DNA from: an uncultured candidate division Zixibacteria bacterium
GTDB taxonomy: Bacteria > Zixibacteria > MSB-5A5 > GN15 > FEB-12
Direction: 5' to 3'
NCBI GenBank assembly: GCA_963664195.1
Contig: OY760907.1
Span: 512,001 to 576,000 of the forward strand
DNA length: 64,000 bases
Positions 30,067 through 39,633 of the stretch are shown here, in pieces (position 1 is the stretch's first letter; each line of letters begins with the position of its first letter). A program made the translations under genes and the position numbers. The notes beneath the pieces are model-generated. The model was not told the origin of the DNA and made no database searches. It worked only from the letters and a program-made list of their open reading frames with translations.

Positions 30067-32472
30067 TCAGTCTGTGGTCTTTTTCGTTTTCGGCTTTACC
30101 TTCGCCGTCTTTTTTGCCGCACCCGTCGCCGGTTTGTCGAGTGCGAACTTGACCGCGGCCATCACGTCGGAGAAGAACTTGAACTTCAGTTTTCGTTTGA
30201 TTTCTGGCGGAATATCGAACGTATCTTTTCTATTCTCTTCCGGCACGATCACCGTCTTCACACCGGCACGAGCCGCCGCGAGGAGTTTCTCCTTCAGACC
30301 ACCGATAGGAAGCAATTCGCCGCGCAGCGTAACTTCGCCGGTCATAGCCAGACACGGTTTCACCGGACGCTTGGTCAACACAGAGGCCAGGGCAACAGCC
30401 ATGGTGATACCGGCCGAGGGACCGTCTTTCGGAGTGGCGCCTGCCGGAACATGAATGTGAATATGCCCTTTCTCGAAAAGCTCCGGTTCCAGGTTGAAGT
30501 CGTCTGCGTTGGAACGAATAAAGGACATCGCCGCATGGGCTGACTCTTTCATGACGTCGCCAAGCTGCCCGGTGAGTGTCAGGCCGGTCTTGCCGATCAT
30601 GCGGGTAGCCTCGACAAACAAAACCTCGCCGCCCACCGACGTGTAGGCCAGCCCCGGGACAACCCCCACTCTCCCCTGCCGTGCCAGAACCTCGCGAGTA
30701 AATTTCGCAGGACCAAGCAGTTTGGTGACAGTCTCGGCATCGATGGAGGATTTCTGCTTGTTTCCGGAGGCTACCTTGCGGGCAACCTTGCGACAAACGG
30801 ATGCGATTTCACGCTCCAGATTGCGAAGACCAGCCTCGCGCGTGTAACCGTCGATCAGCGCCTTGATGCCGCTCTCGACAAAAACGAGATTGCTTTTTGT
30901 CAGACCGTGATTGTCGAGCTGCTTCGGGATCAGATGTCGTTTTGCTATCTGAACTTTTTCAATATCCGTGTAGCCGGGAATGCGGATCGTTTCCATGCGA
31001 TCACGAAGCACGTGTGGAATCGGTTCAGCCCAATTGGCGGTGGTGATGAACATGACCTTCGACAGATCGAACGGAACGTCGAGATAGTGATCGGTGAACG
31101 TATCGTTCTGCTCCGGATCGAGCACTTCAAGCAGCGCCGAGGCCGGGTCGCCGCGGAAATCCGAGCCGAGCTTATCTATTTCGTCGAGCATGATAATCGG
31201 GTTGTTGGAGCCGCACCGTTTCAGGTTCTGGATGATACGTCCGGGGATGGAGCCGATGTAGGTTCGTCGATGACCGCGAATTTCTGCCTCGTCGCGCATA
31301 CCGCCGAGAGAAACACGGGCAAACTCACGTCCCATCGCACGGGCAATCGACTTACCAAGGGAGGTCTTGCCCACACCCGGAGGGCCGACAAAACAAAGGA
31401 TCGGTCCCTTGATATCTGATTTGAGCTTGCGAACTGCCAGGTATTCGAGGATACGGTCTTTGACTTTATCGAGATCGTAATGGTCCTCGTCGAGAACCGT
31501 CTTGGCCTTTTTGAGATCAAGTTTGTCCTCGGTCGATACGCTCCACGGCAGCGCGGTAAGCCAATCGAGATAGGTTCGTGACACGGTGTACTCAGCCGAT
31601 GACGGGGCCATATGCGACAGCCGATCAAGCTCCTTGAGGGCAGCCTTTTCCGCAATCTCCGACATACCTGCGGCCTCGATTTTCTTCTGGAATTCCTCGA
31701 CATCGCCGGTGTCGTCAGACTCGCCCAGTTCTCTTTTGATCGCTTTGAGTTGTTCTCGAAGGATGAAATGGCGCTGTGACTTGCCAAGCTCGCTGGCTGC
31801 CTGTGCCTGAATCTTCTGCGAAAGCTCCAGCACCTCGATCTCCTTGCTCACAGCCTGATAGAGCGTGCGCGCGCGATTTGAAACGTCGAGTTCCTCCAGA
31901 ATAGCCTGGCGCTGCTCGGTCGACATATTCAAATTGGAGGCGACAAAATCGGTCAGTTTCGAGGGTGTCTCTTGATTGATGGCTGAGATGTGAAACTCTT
32001 CGTTCAGGTACGGTGCCAGCTCGACCAACTTCTTAAGTTGATCGACCAGATTGCGCTGGAGAGCCTGCATACGGAGAGAATCCTGGTTTGTCTCCTGCAA
32101 TTCCTCAATCTCGGCCATGAGATGCGGAGTTTTGTCCGTATAGCGCTTGATCTTGATACGGCTCAGTCCCTGAATGAGGAACCGCACGGTACCGTCCGGG
32201 AAACGGAGCATTTTCAATATATTGCCCGCAGTCCCGACCTTGTGAAGATCACCCGGTCCGGGGTTTTCCTGATCGGGATCGAGCTGGAGGAACAGCCCCA
32301 CACGAGAGCCGCGCATCAGGGCCTCATCGACAAGTCTCGTTTGCTCCGGTTCCTGAATCATCAGAGGAACAACCAGAAACGGGTAAACAACCGTACCTTT
32401 CAAGGGCAATATGGGCAGAATCTGACTGCCGGTAGCCTTTTCAGAACTCATCTCTTCCACTATATTCGCCAA
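30067..32472 (-). CDS. lon: ATP-dependent Lon protease
   Basis: [28 protein letters not shown] and GGLKEK motifs. Confidence 0.97.
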   Translation of the reverse strand: MANIVEEMSSEKATGSQILPILPLKGTVVYPFLVVPLMIQEPEQTRLVDEALMRGSRVGLFLQLDPDQENPGPGDLHKVGTAGNILKMLRFPDGTVRFLIQGLSRIKIKRYTDKTPHLMAEIEELQETNQDSLRMQALQRNLVDQLKKLVELAPYLNEEFHISAINQETPSKLTDFVASNLNMSTEQRQAILEELDVSNRARTLYQAVSKEIEVLELSQKIQAQAASELGKSQRHFILREQLKAIKRELGESDDTGDVEEFQKKIEAAGMSEIAEKAALKELDRLSHMAPSSAEYTVSRTYLDWLTALPWSVSTEDKLDLKKAKTVLDEDHYDLDKVKDRILEYLAVRKLKSDIKGPILCFVGPPGVGKTSLGKSIARAMGREFARVSLGGMRDEAEIRGHRRTYIGSIPGRIIQNLKRCGSNNPIIMLDEIDKLGSDFRGDPASALLEVLDPEQNDTFTDHYLDVPFDLSKVMFITTANWAEPIPHVLRDRMETIRIPGYTDIEKVQIAKRHLIPKQLDNHGLTKSNLVFVESGIKALIDGYTREAGLRNLEREIASVCRKVARKVASGNKQKSSIDAETVTKLLGPAKFTREVLARQGRVGVVPGLAYTSVGGEVLFVEATRMIGKTGLTLTGQLGDVMKESAHAAMSFIRSNADDFNLEPELFEKGHIHIHVPAGATPKDGPSAGITMAVALASVLTKRPVKPCLAMTGEVTLRGELLPIGGLKEKLLAAARAGVKTVIVPEENRKDTFDIPPEIKRKLKFKFFSDVMAAVKFALDKPATGAAKKTAKVKPKTKKTTD

Positions 32473-32653
32473 AGTAACCTCAGGTCAAAGGGTGCATCAT
32501 CCATTATACACTATCGACAACGCTGTTCAAGATTTAAACAGCGAATCGACAGCTTCACAGCCCGGTCACCGGCCGCAAACCGCAGTGCCTACTCCAACAT
32601 TCCATCGCCCACATTGTTCCTGTCAGCACCGTCGTGGCACGGCCCGCGGGATG

Positions 32654-33706
32654 TTAAACGTTGAATCGGAACAGGATAACATCGCCGTCGGCAACCACGT
32701 ATTCCTTGCCCTCCAGACGCTGCTTTCCGGCCGCCTTGATTGCAGCCGGAGTTTTCAGCTCAACATAGTCGTTGTATGCCGTCACCTCTGCCCGGATGAA
32801 ACCCCGTTCGATATCGGAGTGAATAACGCCCGCCGCACGTACCGCCGGAGTGCCTCGCTGAATTGTCCAGGCACGGACCTCCGGCTCACCGGCAGTCAGG
32901 AAAGAAATCAACCCGAGAAGCGCGTAAGACTTCTGGATCACCTGATCGGTGGCAGGAGTGCTGATCCCGAGATCGGCCATGAATTCGCGACGTTCCTCGT
33001 CGTCGAGACCGACCAGTTCCATCTCTATTTTGCCGCACACAACCGCAAGTTCCCGTTTGCCGGGATCGATCAGGTCTGCGTGTTTCTGATAGATATCGTC
33101 GGCGTCGGCGAGATCGTCCTCGGATATGTTCAGCACGATCAGGATAGGTTTCTGTGACAGGAACTGGTAGCCGCGAATAGCTTTCAACTCATCGTCAGTG
33201 AACGTCATATCAATCAGCGGTTTCTCAGCCGAAAGCGTTTCGAGACAACGCTTGAGCACATCGATCTCCTGCTGACCCGTCTTGTCGCCGGTTAGCTTCG
33301 CCCGTCGGGAGCGCTTGTCGATGTTCTTCTCGATCAACACTTGATCAAGCAGGATCATCTCCTCGATCAAGCTCTGTATCTCGCTTGCCGGGTTTGCGTC
33401 CGGGGCGAAGGCGTTGATGACGGTCATAAACGCCTCGGTTTGTCGAAGGTCGTCGCTGACCTCAAACGACGCTGAGCCACCCGCTTTGCCGGAGAGTCCC
33501 GGCATATCCAGGAATTCGACCTGGGCGCAGGTTATCTTCTTCGGATTGACCAGTTCCGCCAGCACGTCGAGTCTCTCATCGGGAACTTTGATCAGCGCGC
33601 GATGCACTGTCTGACTGAAATCTCCCACCGTTTCCTGCTGGCCGGAAGCGGCGTTGAAGACAGTAGTCTTGCCCGATTGCGGTTTGCCTATTATGCCTAG
33701 TTTCAT
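32654..33706 (-). CDS. ychF: YchF/OLA1 family ATPase (divergent P-loop)
   Basis: GKPQSGKTT, VPDERL, IHSDIERGFIRAEV and EGKEYVVADGDVILFRFNV motifs. Confidence 0.92.
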   Translation of the reverse strand: MKLGIIGKPQSGKTTVFNAASGQQETVGDFSQTVHRALIKVPDERLDVLAELVNPKKITCAQVEFLDMPGLSGKAGGSASFEVSDDLRQTEAFMTVINAFAPDANPASEIQSLIEEMILLDQVLIEKNIDKRSRRAKLTGDKTGQQEIDVLKRCLETLSAEKPLIDMTFTDDELKAIRGYQFLSQKPILIVLNISEDDLADADDIYQKHADLIDPGKRELAVVCGKIEMELVGLDDEERREFMADLGISTPATDQVIQKSYALLGLISFLTAGEPEVRAWTIQRGTPAVRAAGVIHSDIERGFIRAEVTAYNDYVELKTPAAIKAAGKQRLEGKEYVVADGDVILFRFNV

Positions 33707-33758
33707 AGGGGATAATGGTAGGCGAAATCTACGCGGTTGGCAAGGGGTTAATGGGAAG

Positions 33759-34973
33759 CTATGACCCGAGGAGCGATCGGGCGATGCTCAGAGGGCCGTA
33801 CACCGCACGCGGATCGCCGGTTCCGGCCAGCAGCTTTTCGACTCGCTCCTGCAAATACCTGCTGCGACGGATTCGACGCGCCATGAAGTCATTTAACCGG
33901 GGACGCGACAACCAACTCTGCGCCACCCGGTATCCTTCGTACGCGGGGCGGACCTCTTTGTCTAGACGTTGCCGGAATCCAGCCAGCAACGCGGGGTTGT
34001 CCTGCTCAAGGGCACTGTCGATCAAATCAGCCGCGATCTGTCCGGTGTGGATGGCCTTGCCGACTCCCTCGGATGTAAACGGGAAGGTGGTACCTATGAC
34101 CTCCCCCACTCCTACCACGCGTCCGTGTACCGGCGTCCGGCAATCAGTCAATCCCGTACGAATGGCGGCCCCTTTGAACGGTGTGACCTGTTCCCCGCCG
34201 GCCATTATCTCGCGGACGAGCGGAAAATCCTGCATAAAGGACGTGAGCTTCGGTTTCAGAGATTTAGCTGCATCGTGGTCCCCGTCAAGGGTAACGCCGC
34301 AGCCTATGTTGTACAGACCATCGCCGAGGGGGACAATCCAGGCAAACCCCGGCGTCAGAACTCGGTCGTACGAAACGACTAGATTGTTCATACGGAGCGG
34401 TGACCTGACATAGCACCGGATCGCCATCGCACTTGGAGTCGCGGACTCTACCATCCCAAGACGACGGGCCATGCCTACAGAAGTCCCGGTTGCCAGCACG
34501 CAGTATCCGGATCGCAACGACTCGGCCAGTCCCTTCACGCTAACTACAACTCGACCGTCACCTCCCGCAATATCTGTCGCGGTTGCTCTCGCGAAGGTCA
34601 CGCCGGCATCAACGGCTTCCCGGGCTACGAGAGCGTCCAACGTGCGGCGTTTCAACGATAGAATCGTTCCGGGTATTGAGAAATCGACCCGCGAAGGGCT
34701 GAACACTCGCAGAGCATCCAGAGTGTGTGCCACACTACGAACCTTGTCATGCAAGTTGATCTGTTTCAGGGCGGCCTGTGCGTCATGAATGAGAGCGTCG
34801 CCACAAACTTTGTCGCGGGGGAATTCCTCACGGTCAATCAACAGGACACGACGGTCCTGTCGGGCGAGCGAAAGAGCACAGGAGGCCCCGGCCGGTCCCG
34901 CACCGACAATGATAGCATCCCATTCCCGATCTGGCAGAAACGGAATTTCGAGTTGTTCGACCGAGTCTGTCAG
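33759..34973 (-). CDS. Geranylgeranyl reductase-family FAD-dependent oxidoreductase (probable CTG start)
   Basis: The frame extends upstream of the track ORF to include DAIIVGAGPAG; FPRDKVCGD and PFTSEG motifs. Confidence 0.88.
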   Translation of the reverse strand: MTDSVEQLEIPFLPDREWDAIIVGAGPAGASCALSLARQDRRVLLIDREEFPRDKVCGDALIHDAQAALKQINLHDKVRSVAHTLDALRVFSPSRVDFSIPGTILSLKRRTLDALVAREAVDAGVTFARATATDIAGGDGRVVVSVKGLAESLRSGYCVLATGTSVGMARRLGMVESATPSAMAIRCYVRSPLRMNNLVVSYDRVLTPGFAWIVPLGDGLYNIGCGVTLDGDHDAAKSLKPKLTSFMQDFPLVREIMAGGEQVTPFKGAAIRTGLTDCRTPVHGRVVGVGEVIGTTFPFTSEGVGKAIHTGQIAADLIDSALEQDNPALLAGFRQRLDKEVRPAYEGYRVAQSWLSRPRLNDFMARRIRRSRYLQERVEKLLAGTGDPRAVYGPLSIARSLLGS

Positions 34974-34976
34974 AGG

Positions 34977-35375
34977 TTATTCCTCCGGTTGCACCTCGAC
35001 CAGTTTCCAGGTGTTATCGTGGCGAATGATCCAATGGGTAGTGACAGATACTTTCGGGTGCTTCTCTCTGATCGCGCTACGGACTCGCATCATGTCCGCC
35101 ACCAGCGTGTCGCGCTCGAGCTCCGACGATTCAAACGCCGCCGAACCGCCGTAGGCGCCGCAGTCTTCGTGCATGGTCAGGATAATGTGCTCAGTGCCAT
35201 GGATCCGGCAGGACAGATCGACCATGCGCATGACCAGCTCTTTTTCCTCGCAGGAACCGGCGAACGAGACACAATCAGTGTCACCGGCGTAACCCTTTTC
35301 AGTCAGCCATTTCCCGATTGCCGGCTGGATGCGGAAGTCCATGCATTGCACTATCATGTTCTTGCAGGATACCAT
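34977..35375 (-). CDS. Putative small beta-type carbonic anhydrase
   Basis: CMDFR ... HEDCGAY zinc-ligand pattern (CxDxR / HxxC). Confidence 0.75.
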   Translation of the reverse strand: MVSCKNMIVQCMDFRIQPAIGKWLTEKGYAGDTDCVSFAGSCEEKELVMRMVDLSCRIHGTEHIILTMHEDCGAYGGSAAFESSELERDTLVADMMRVRSAIREKHPKVSVTTHWIIRHDNTWKLVEVQPEE

Positions 35376-35386
35376 CTAGAACCTCG

Positions 35387-36109
35387 TCACTTCTGAAATA
35401 CGGCATGGATGAGACCGTGGCAATGCTCCTCGCCGTCGCCGTGGCGGTGAAGCGGCCCCATCCCTTCCCAATGGTGGATTGTTTCGTAGTCTGGAAACAG
35501 CTCCAGGATTTCGTCCTTTTCGAGATAAGTCATGAAGTGGCCGCGACCATCGCAGAATTCGTTCTGTCCCACTACCCGCCAATCCCCGGATTGAGCGGCC
35601 TCGTGGCTGAATTGACGATCCCACAGGGTGGAAACACAAAACGGATCAATATCCGAGAAGGCGGACACAAAAACAAGACTGCCTCTGGCTGTCCATCGAT
35701 CAACCTTCTTCACAAGTCGCATCAGCGAATTGCGAGACAGCACCTGCATCAGGCCCATGAGCAGAACGCCCGAGTAGGATATTCCCGACAGCGTATCATT
35801 GACATGCATAAGACCGCCCCGTCGGTCGGCACCTGGCTCGAATGATTCAAAATCAGAATGATACGTGTGAATCGGAAGGTTCTCGCGGCTGGCGGCCTCG
35901 GATATCTCATGCAGAGCGACCGAAGACGAGTCAACAGCATCGACCGAAAGCCCTTGTCTGGCGAGAAACAGGCTGTGTCTACCCTGTCCGGCACCAATAT
36001 CCAACACCGGCCGGGACTTGTCCAGAAGATGACAGTGATCCCGTACGATTTTCTCCGGTTCGGCGCCGAAGTAGTCTCTTGTTTTCGCGTAGGTGTCGTC
36101 GTATCCCAT
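35387..36109 (-). CDS. Class I SAM-dependent methyltransferase (TehB-like)
   Basis: VLDIGAGQGRHSLFLA and AVDSS; His-rich C-terminus. Confidence 0.88.
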   Translation of the reverse strand: MGYDDTYAKTRDYFGAEPEKIVRDHCHLLDKSRPVLDIGAGQGRHSLFLARQGLSVDAVDSSSVALHEISEAASRENLPIHTYHSDFESFEPGADRRGGLMHVNDTLSGISYSGVLLMGLMQVLSRNSLMRLVKKVDRWTARGSLVFVSAFSDIDPFCVSTLWDRQFSHEAAQSGDWRVVGQNEFCDGRGHFMTYLEKDEILELFPDYETIHHWEGMGPLHRHGDGEEHCHGLIHAVFQK

Positions 36110-36216
36110 CGGTCAATCCAACTGACGGTCCGGCTTACATCTCCCCCTCCCTCCATTGTACCGAATTCGCAATTAAATTGCAACAGTAACCGACGAAGTG
36201 AAACCCCGTGGTACTG

Positions 36217-36425
36217 TGGGGCGGTAGACGCCCTTGTCTCTCTGGAAGAACCGCTGCGCGGGCAATCGCAGGTCTGAAGACAGACCTGCGCTACGAAGAA
36301 GTTCGGTACCCCGCCCAGAGCGAAGTCATTTATGGCGAAGCGTCGGGTGGGATCAAAACACCCTCAAGCTCTGGAAGCGAGTCTCATAATCCACGTACCA
36401 AAAGACGCTTGAGGGTGGCACCCGA
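36217..36425. repeat. Composite cluster of REP-like palindromes (families C, B and GGTGGCACC-type)
   Basis: Matches elements at 4071, 7785 and about 21550. Confidence 0.7.
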
Positions 36426-36448
36426 TTGATGAAATGAGGAAATGCTCC

Positions 36449-37294
36449 CTACTGCATCAGGCCCCGAAGTACCTTCAGATTCTCAATATCCTCTGCGAGA
36501 TCATCCCCCTTAGCTGTCTCGAGTATCAACGGCACGTGCTCCAATCGTTTATCATTGACGATATTCGCAAACGCGCCCAGCCCCAGATGCCCCTGGCCGA
36601 GTTGCTCGTGACGGTCCTTCTTTGAGCCAAACGGCTGCTTGCTGTCATTGATGTGAAAAACGCCCAGCCGGTCCAGACCGATCACGTCATCGAACTTCTT
36701 CATGGTCGCCATATAATCCTCCGGTTCCGTCAACGGATACCCGGCGGCAAAGATATGACAGCTGTCGAGGCAGACACCGATGTGGTCCTTGTCTTCGGTC
36801 TTGTCGATCAGGTAGGCGAGTTGCTCGAACGTGCTGCCAAGGTTGGTGCCCTGACCGGCAGTGGCCTCGAGAGTCAGTATACAGGTGTTTTCGTTGAGAT
36901 TGTCCAGAAGCCGATTGATGTTTTCCGCAACCGCGTCAAGTCCGGCCTCGTCGCCGGAGCCGACATGGGAACCCGGGTGCAGCACTAGTTTCGGGACTTT
37001 CAGAATATTGCAGCGTTCCATTTCTTCTCTGAGAGAAAGATAAGACTTCTCGTTGAGGGCTTTGTCCGGCGACGCTATGTTGATCAGATAGCTTGAGTGC
37101 GAACAGGCAACCGAAACGCCCAGTTCTTCCTGCAACTGAAAATACTTGTCAACATCGGCTGGCTTGAGCTTGGCCGCACGCCACTGGTTGTTCGATTTGT
37201 TGAATATCTGAACGGTGTCACAGGTGGCCTGTTTGCCCCGTTCAATTGCCTTGTAAACTCCCCCCGCTATCGACTCATGTGCGCCAAAAAGCAT
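36449..37294 (-). CDS. nfo: Endonuclease IV
   Basis: GAHESIAGG, HSSYLIN, HPG, CLDSCH, HINDSK and DRHE motifs. Confidence 0.96.
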   Translation of the reverse strand: MLFGAHESIAGGVYKAIERGKQATCDTVQIFNKSNNQWRAAKLKPADVDKYFQLQEELGVSVACSHSSYLINIASPDKALNEKSYLSLREEMERCNILKVPKLVLHPGSHVGSGDEAGLDAVAENINRLLDNLNENTCILTLEATAGQGTNLGSTFEQLAYLIDKTEDKDHIGVCLDSCHIFAAGYPLTEPEDYMATMKKFDDVIGLDRLGVFHINDSKQPFGSKKDRHEQLGQGHLGLGAFANIVNDKRLEHVPLILETAKGDDLAEDIENLKVLRGLMQ

Positions 37295-37483
37295 ACCGCC
37301 TCGGTAGTAATAGTGTCTGTTTTTGTCCAATTACCATATTTAACCGAAGATACAGCATCGAGTTCCCAACGGCAACCGTGAAACTGTCGATCACATCTGC
37401 CGTGCGTCAACACTATCACTGACACGCCCTGTCAGTCGTTTGTCTTATGCTGGTCTCAGGCGACAATGAACGGAGGAAGCACA

Positions 37484-37912
37484 ATGCAGTCACCTATTGC
37501 TATCAGGGAGACGGGTGTCAAAGTGACCGACATCCTGGAGTCGATCTCTCAGGGACTTTCCTACAACCAGATACTCCAACAGCACTCGGCGCTGACAATC
37601 GGCGATATCATGGCGAGCGCGAAGCTGGCGCTGGAGTTCATGCAGCAGTACATCACATCCGAAAACGAGATCAGTCTCGATCATGTTATCGAGATCAAAG
37701 CCAACCACGGTCGAATGATCAACGTCTCCAAGGTCCGTGAGGAGTTCCCGCGCGCTTTCATGCCGTGGAAGACCGACGAGGAGGCGCAGTTGATCGAGCA
37801 GTATCGCAAGGGGGCAAAGATCACCGATATCGCGCGCATGCACCAGCGGAACCCGGGAGCGATCAGAAGCAGGTTGATTAAGCTGGGATTGATCCAGACG
37901 AGAGAAAAATGA
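37484..37912 (+). CDS. DUF433 domain plus C-terminal HTH/Myb-like domain protein
   Basis: GGAGG RBS; IRETGVKVTDILESISQG...L DUF433 pattern; RAFMPWKTDEE...HQRNPGAIRSRL. Confidence 0.8.
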   Translation: MQSPIAIRETGVKVTDILESISQGLSYNQILQQHSALTIGDIMASAKLALEFMQQYITSENEISLDHVIEIKANHGRMINVSKVREEFPRAFMPWKTDEEAQLIEQYRKGAKITDIARMHQRNPGAIRSRLIKLGLIQTREK

Positions 37913-38030
37913 CCCGTTATCTCTTTCACAATACGATGAACCGGCAATCCGGTGGTTTGCCGGAAGGGGGTGGGAGCTGACACTCGTCGGGGGTGAAACC
38001 CGGCAGGGGCTTGCACCCGGCAGGGGCCTG

Positions 38031-38068
38031 AGAAGAAAGGGCGACCTTTGCAGTCGCCCTTTCTCTTA
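38031..38068. terminator. Intrinsic terminator, probably bidirectional
   Basis: AGAAAGGGCGAC-ctttgca-GTCGCCCTTTCT between convergent genes. Confidence 0.75.
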
Positions 38069-38191
38069 ATTGTGGCACCGATTCCCAGTGCGCGACACAT
38101 GAGAATGTGCCCGTGAAACGCCGCAACCACGAATGTTCCGTGCGCGGCAGACGCCCTCGTCTGCCCGTGAGAGGCCCCGCCCCGACGAGAC

Positions 38192-39619
38192 CTACTTCAA
38201 ATTCATCGAGAGAATCTTGATCTCGGTCATATCTTCCATCGCGTACCGCACTCCCTCGCGGCCCACGCCGGAGTTCTTTACGCCGCCGTAAGGCTGCTGA
38301 TCGGCACGAAATGTCGGAATGTCGTTTACGACCACGCCGCCAACTTCAAGATTATTGAAGGCATAAAAGACATCCTTCATGCGATTCGTAAACACGCCGG
38401 CCTGAAGGCCAAAATCCGAGTCGTTGATCTTGTTCACGGCCTGCTTGAAAGTCTTGTACTTCTCGACCGTCACAACCGGAGCGAAAACCTCCTTCGAACA
38501 GACCTCCATGGACCGTTTCACGTTCGTGATGATTGTCGGCTGGTACGCCAGACCGCGCTTATTGCCGCCGGTCAGTAGTCTGGCGCCGTTGGCCACAGCC
38601 TCAGCGACGGACGCCACCGTGTTGTCGACTGCTACCTGATTGACCATGGTACCGATGTCGGTTTTCGGATTGATCGGATTGCCGACTTTGAGCTTCTTCG
38701 TCTTGGCAACGAATTTCTTGATAAACCGGCCATACACTCTTTCGTGTACGAAAATCCGCTGCACGGAAATGCACGACTGCCCCGCCTGTCCGAAAGAACC
38801 GTAAACCAAGCGGTCTGTTGCGTACTCGATATCGGCGTCATCGGCTATGGCAACTCCAGCGTTGCCGCCGAGTTCGAGCACCACGCGTTTCTTGCCGGCC
38901 TTTTCCTTCATCCACCAGCCGACTTTGTCCGATCCGGTGAACGTGATGAGCTTCACGCGGTCATCGGTCAACAGCGGCTCGGCAGCTTCGTTCTCGCCTA
39001 AAAGGACCGAAATTGCTTCTTTCGGATAGTCCGTTTTCTCGATCAGTTCGGCCAGCATCAACGCGATAATCGGTGTCTTGGGCGCCGGTTTCAACACAAT
39101 CGGGTTGCCGCTGGCAATCGCGGGACCAATCTTATGTGCCACCAAATTGAGCGGAAAATTGAACGGCGCAATCCCGGCGATGACACCGATCGGGAAACGG
39201 CGGATCAATCCCATCCGCTGCTCGGTCCCGGGAGTCCAGTCCAAATCCATGATTTCGCCGCCAACCCGCTTGGCTTCCTCGGCAGAGAGCTTAAACACCT
39301 GCACCGCACGGGCAACCTCACCACGGGCGTCCTTGAGCGCCTTGCCAACTTCGAGCGACATCATCCGGGCAAACTTTTCGGTGTTCTTCTCAAGCCCCTC
39401 CGCTATCTGTAAACAGACCTCTTCCCGCTTGTACGACGGAAGGTTTCGCGTCTGGTCGAACGACCTGTGGGCCAACTCGATAGCTTTCACAAAATCCGCC
39501 CTGGAGGCCATCGCCACCCGCCCGACCAGAGATTTGTCGTACGGGTTTTCTACGCGGATTTTGTCTTTGCGGTCAATCCATTTGCCGCCAAGATACATCT
39601 TGTAAGTCTTCGCCATCAT
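38192..39619 (-). CDS. NAD(P)-dependent aldehyde dehydrogenase
   Basis: PFNFP, FTGS, LELGGN, GQSCIS, EVFAP and PYGGVKNSG motifs. Confidence 0.93.
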   Translation of the reverse strand: MMAKTYKMYLGGKWIDRKDKIRVENPYDKSLVGRVAMASRADFVKAIELAHRSFDQTRNLPSYKREEVCLQIAEGLEKNTEKFARMMSLEVGKALKDARGEVARAVQVFKLSAEEAKRVGGEIMDLDWTPGTEQRMGLIRRFPIGVIAGIAPFNFPLNLVAHKIGPAIASGNPIVLKPAPKTPIIALMLAELIEKTDYPKEAISVLLGENEAAEPLLTDDRVKLITFTGSDKVGWWMKEKAGKKRVVLELGGNAGVAIADDADIEYATDRLVYGSFGQAGQSCISVQRIFVHERVYGRFIKKFVAKTKKLKVGNPINPKTDIGTMVNQVAVDNTVASVAEAVANGARLLTGGNKRGLAYQPTIITNVKRSMEVCSKEVFAPVVTVEKYKTFKQAVNKINDSDFGLQAGVFTNRMKDVFYAFNNLEVGGVVVNDIPTFRADQQPYGGVKNSGVGREGVRYAMEDMTEIKILSMNLK

Positions 39620-39633
39620 ATCCTCCACTGCCG

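Noticed and set aside
37915..38030. Known riboswitch, SRP RNA or hammerhead ribozyme
   Set aside because: I could not match the diagnostic cores, and the element lies 3' of convergent genes. It is kept only as an unknown structured element.
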